Assembly: GCA_041742355.1 (NCBI GenBank)
Contig: JBGSIV010000169.1
Location: 1-36,589 of the forward strand
DNA length: 36,589 nt
Reading direction: 5' to 3'
Origin: Candidatus Zixiibacteriota bacterium
GTDB lineage: Bacteria > Zixibacteria > MSB-5A5 > GN15 > FEB-12
Shown in pieces: positions 36,266-36,589 of the stretch. The position numbers and the translations under genes are program-made. Numbering within the stretch: position 1 is the stretch's first letter; each line of letters opens with the position of its first letter. The notes beneath the pieces are model-generated. The model was not told where the DNA came from and ran no database searches. It worked only from the letters and a program-made list of their open reading frames with translations.

Positions 36266-36589
36266 ATGTCCAGAGGGAACTTCCTCTTCACCTCGGAATC
36301 GGTGACCGAGGGTCATCCCGACAAGATGTGTGACCAGATTTCCGACGGCGTGCTCGACGAGGTCCTTCGTCAGGATTCCAAGGGCCGGGTCGCCTGTGAA
36401 ACCTTCGTCACCGTCGGCCTCGTCATCGTCGGCGGCGAAATCACCACCAAGGCGTGGGTCGATATCGAGAAACTTGTCCGAAGGATCGTGCGTGACATCG
36501 GCTACGTCGATCCGACCCTCGGCTTCTCCTACGACGCCTGCGCCATCCTGAACGCCATCGGAACCCAGTCGCCCGACATCTCCCAGGGG
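36266..36589 (+). CDS. metK: S-adenosylmethionine synthetase (5' part, truncated by window end)
   Basis: Hand translation [27 protein letters not shown]...RVACET...GGEITT...[17 protein letters not shown]. Confidence 0.97.
   Translation, partial: MSRGNFLFTSESVTEGHPDKMCDQISDGVLDEVLRQDSKGRVACETFVTVGLVIVGGEITTKAWVDIEKLVRRIVRDIGYVDPTLGFSYDACAILNAIGTQSPDISQG

Noticed and set aside
1..36589. CRISPR arrays, IS elements, prophage or defence genes
   Set aside because: No regularly spaced direct repeats, transposase, integrase or phage motifs recognised; repeats seen are protein-level (PAS, TPR, PD40, D-S linker)

Overview
High-GC bacterial chromosomal window. An FCB-associated candidate phylum such as Zixibacteria is suggested by protein style only; this is inference. 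Left to right: a truncated REC-GAF-multi-PAS signalling protein (- strand, absent from the ORF track), a DUF421/YetF membrane protein, an ABC-2 exporter pair, a small secreted beta-rich protein, a penicillin-acylase-family Ntn hydrolase, a TPR lipoprotein-epimerase-nucleotidyltransferase operon, DUF4416, murA, a metallopeptidase-PD40-Omp85 fusion, a LonC-like protease, tRNA-Glu(CTC), an ACP-FkbH-deacetylase-like-GNAT cassette, a Zn/Mn-type uptake operon (porin-like OMP, SBP, permease, no ATPase) behind a CxxC/RAPP leader ORF, a four-gene DUF6754 membrane cluster, a lipoprotein, a sugar-phosphate nucleotidyltransferase and the 5' part of metK. Best candidates for undescribed biology: (1) the DUF6754 cluster, which looks like two pairs of opposite-topology paralogues forming a pseudo-symmetric membrane complex; (2) a leaderless RAPP arrest-peptide uORF whose Pro-Pro codons are complementary to the downstream Shine-Dalgarno; (3) a stand-alone glyceroyl-transfer cassette; (4) a D-(S/T) sequon-packed linker suggesting Bacteroidetes-type O-glycosylation; (5) a possible sRNA in the Omp85-lon gap. 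No CRISPR array, rRNA or mobile-element gene was seen. Family calls come from motif recognition, not database searches.
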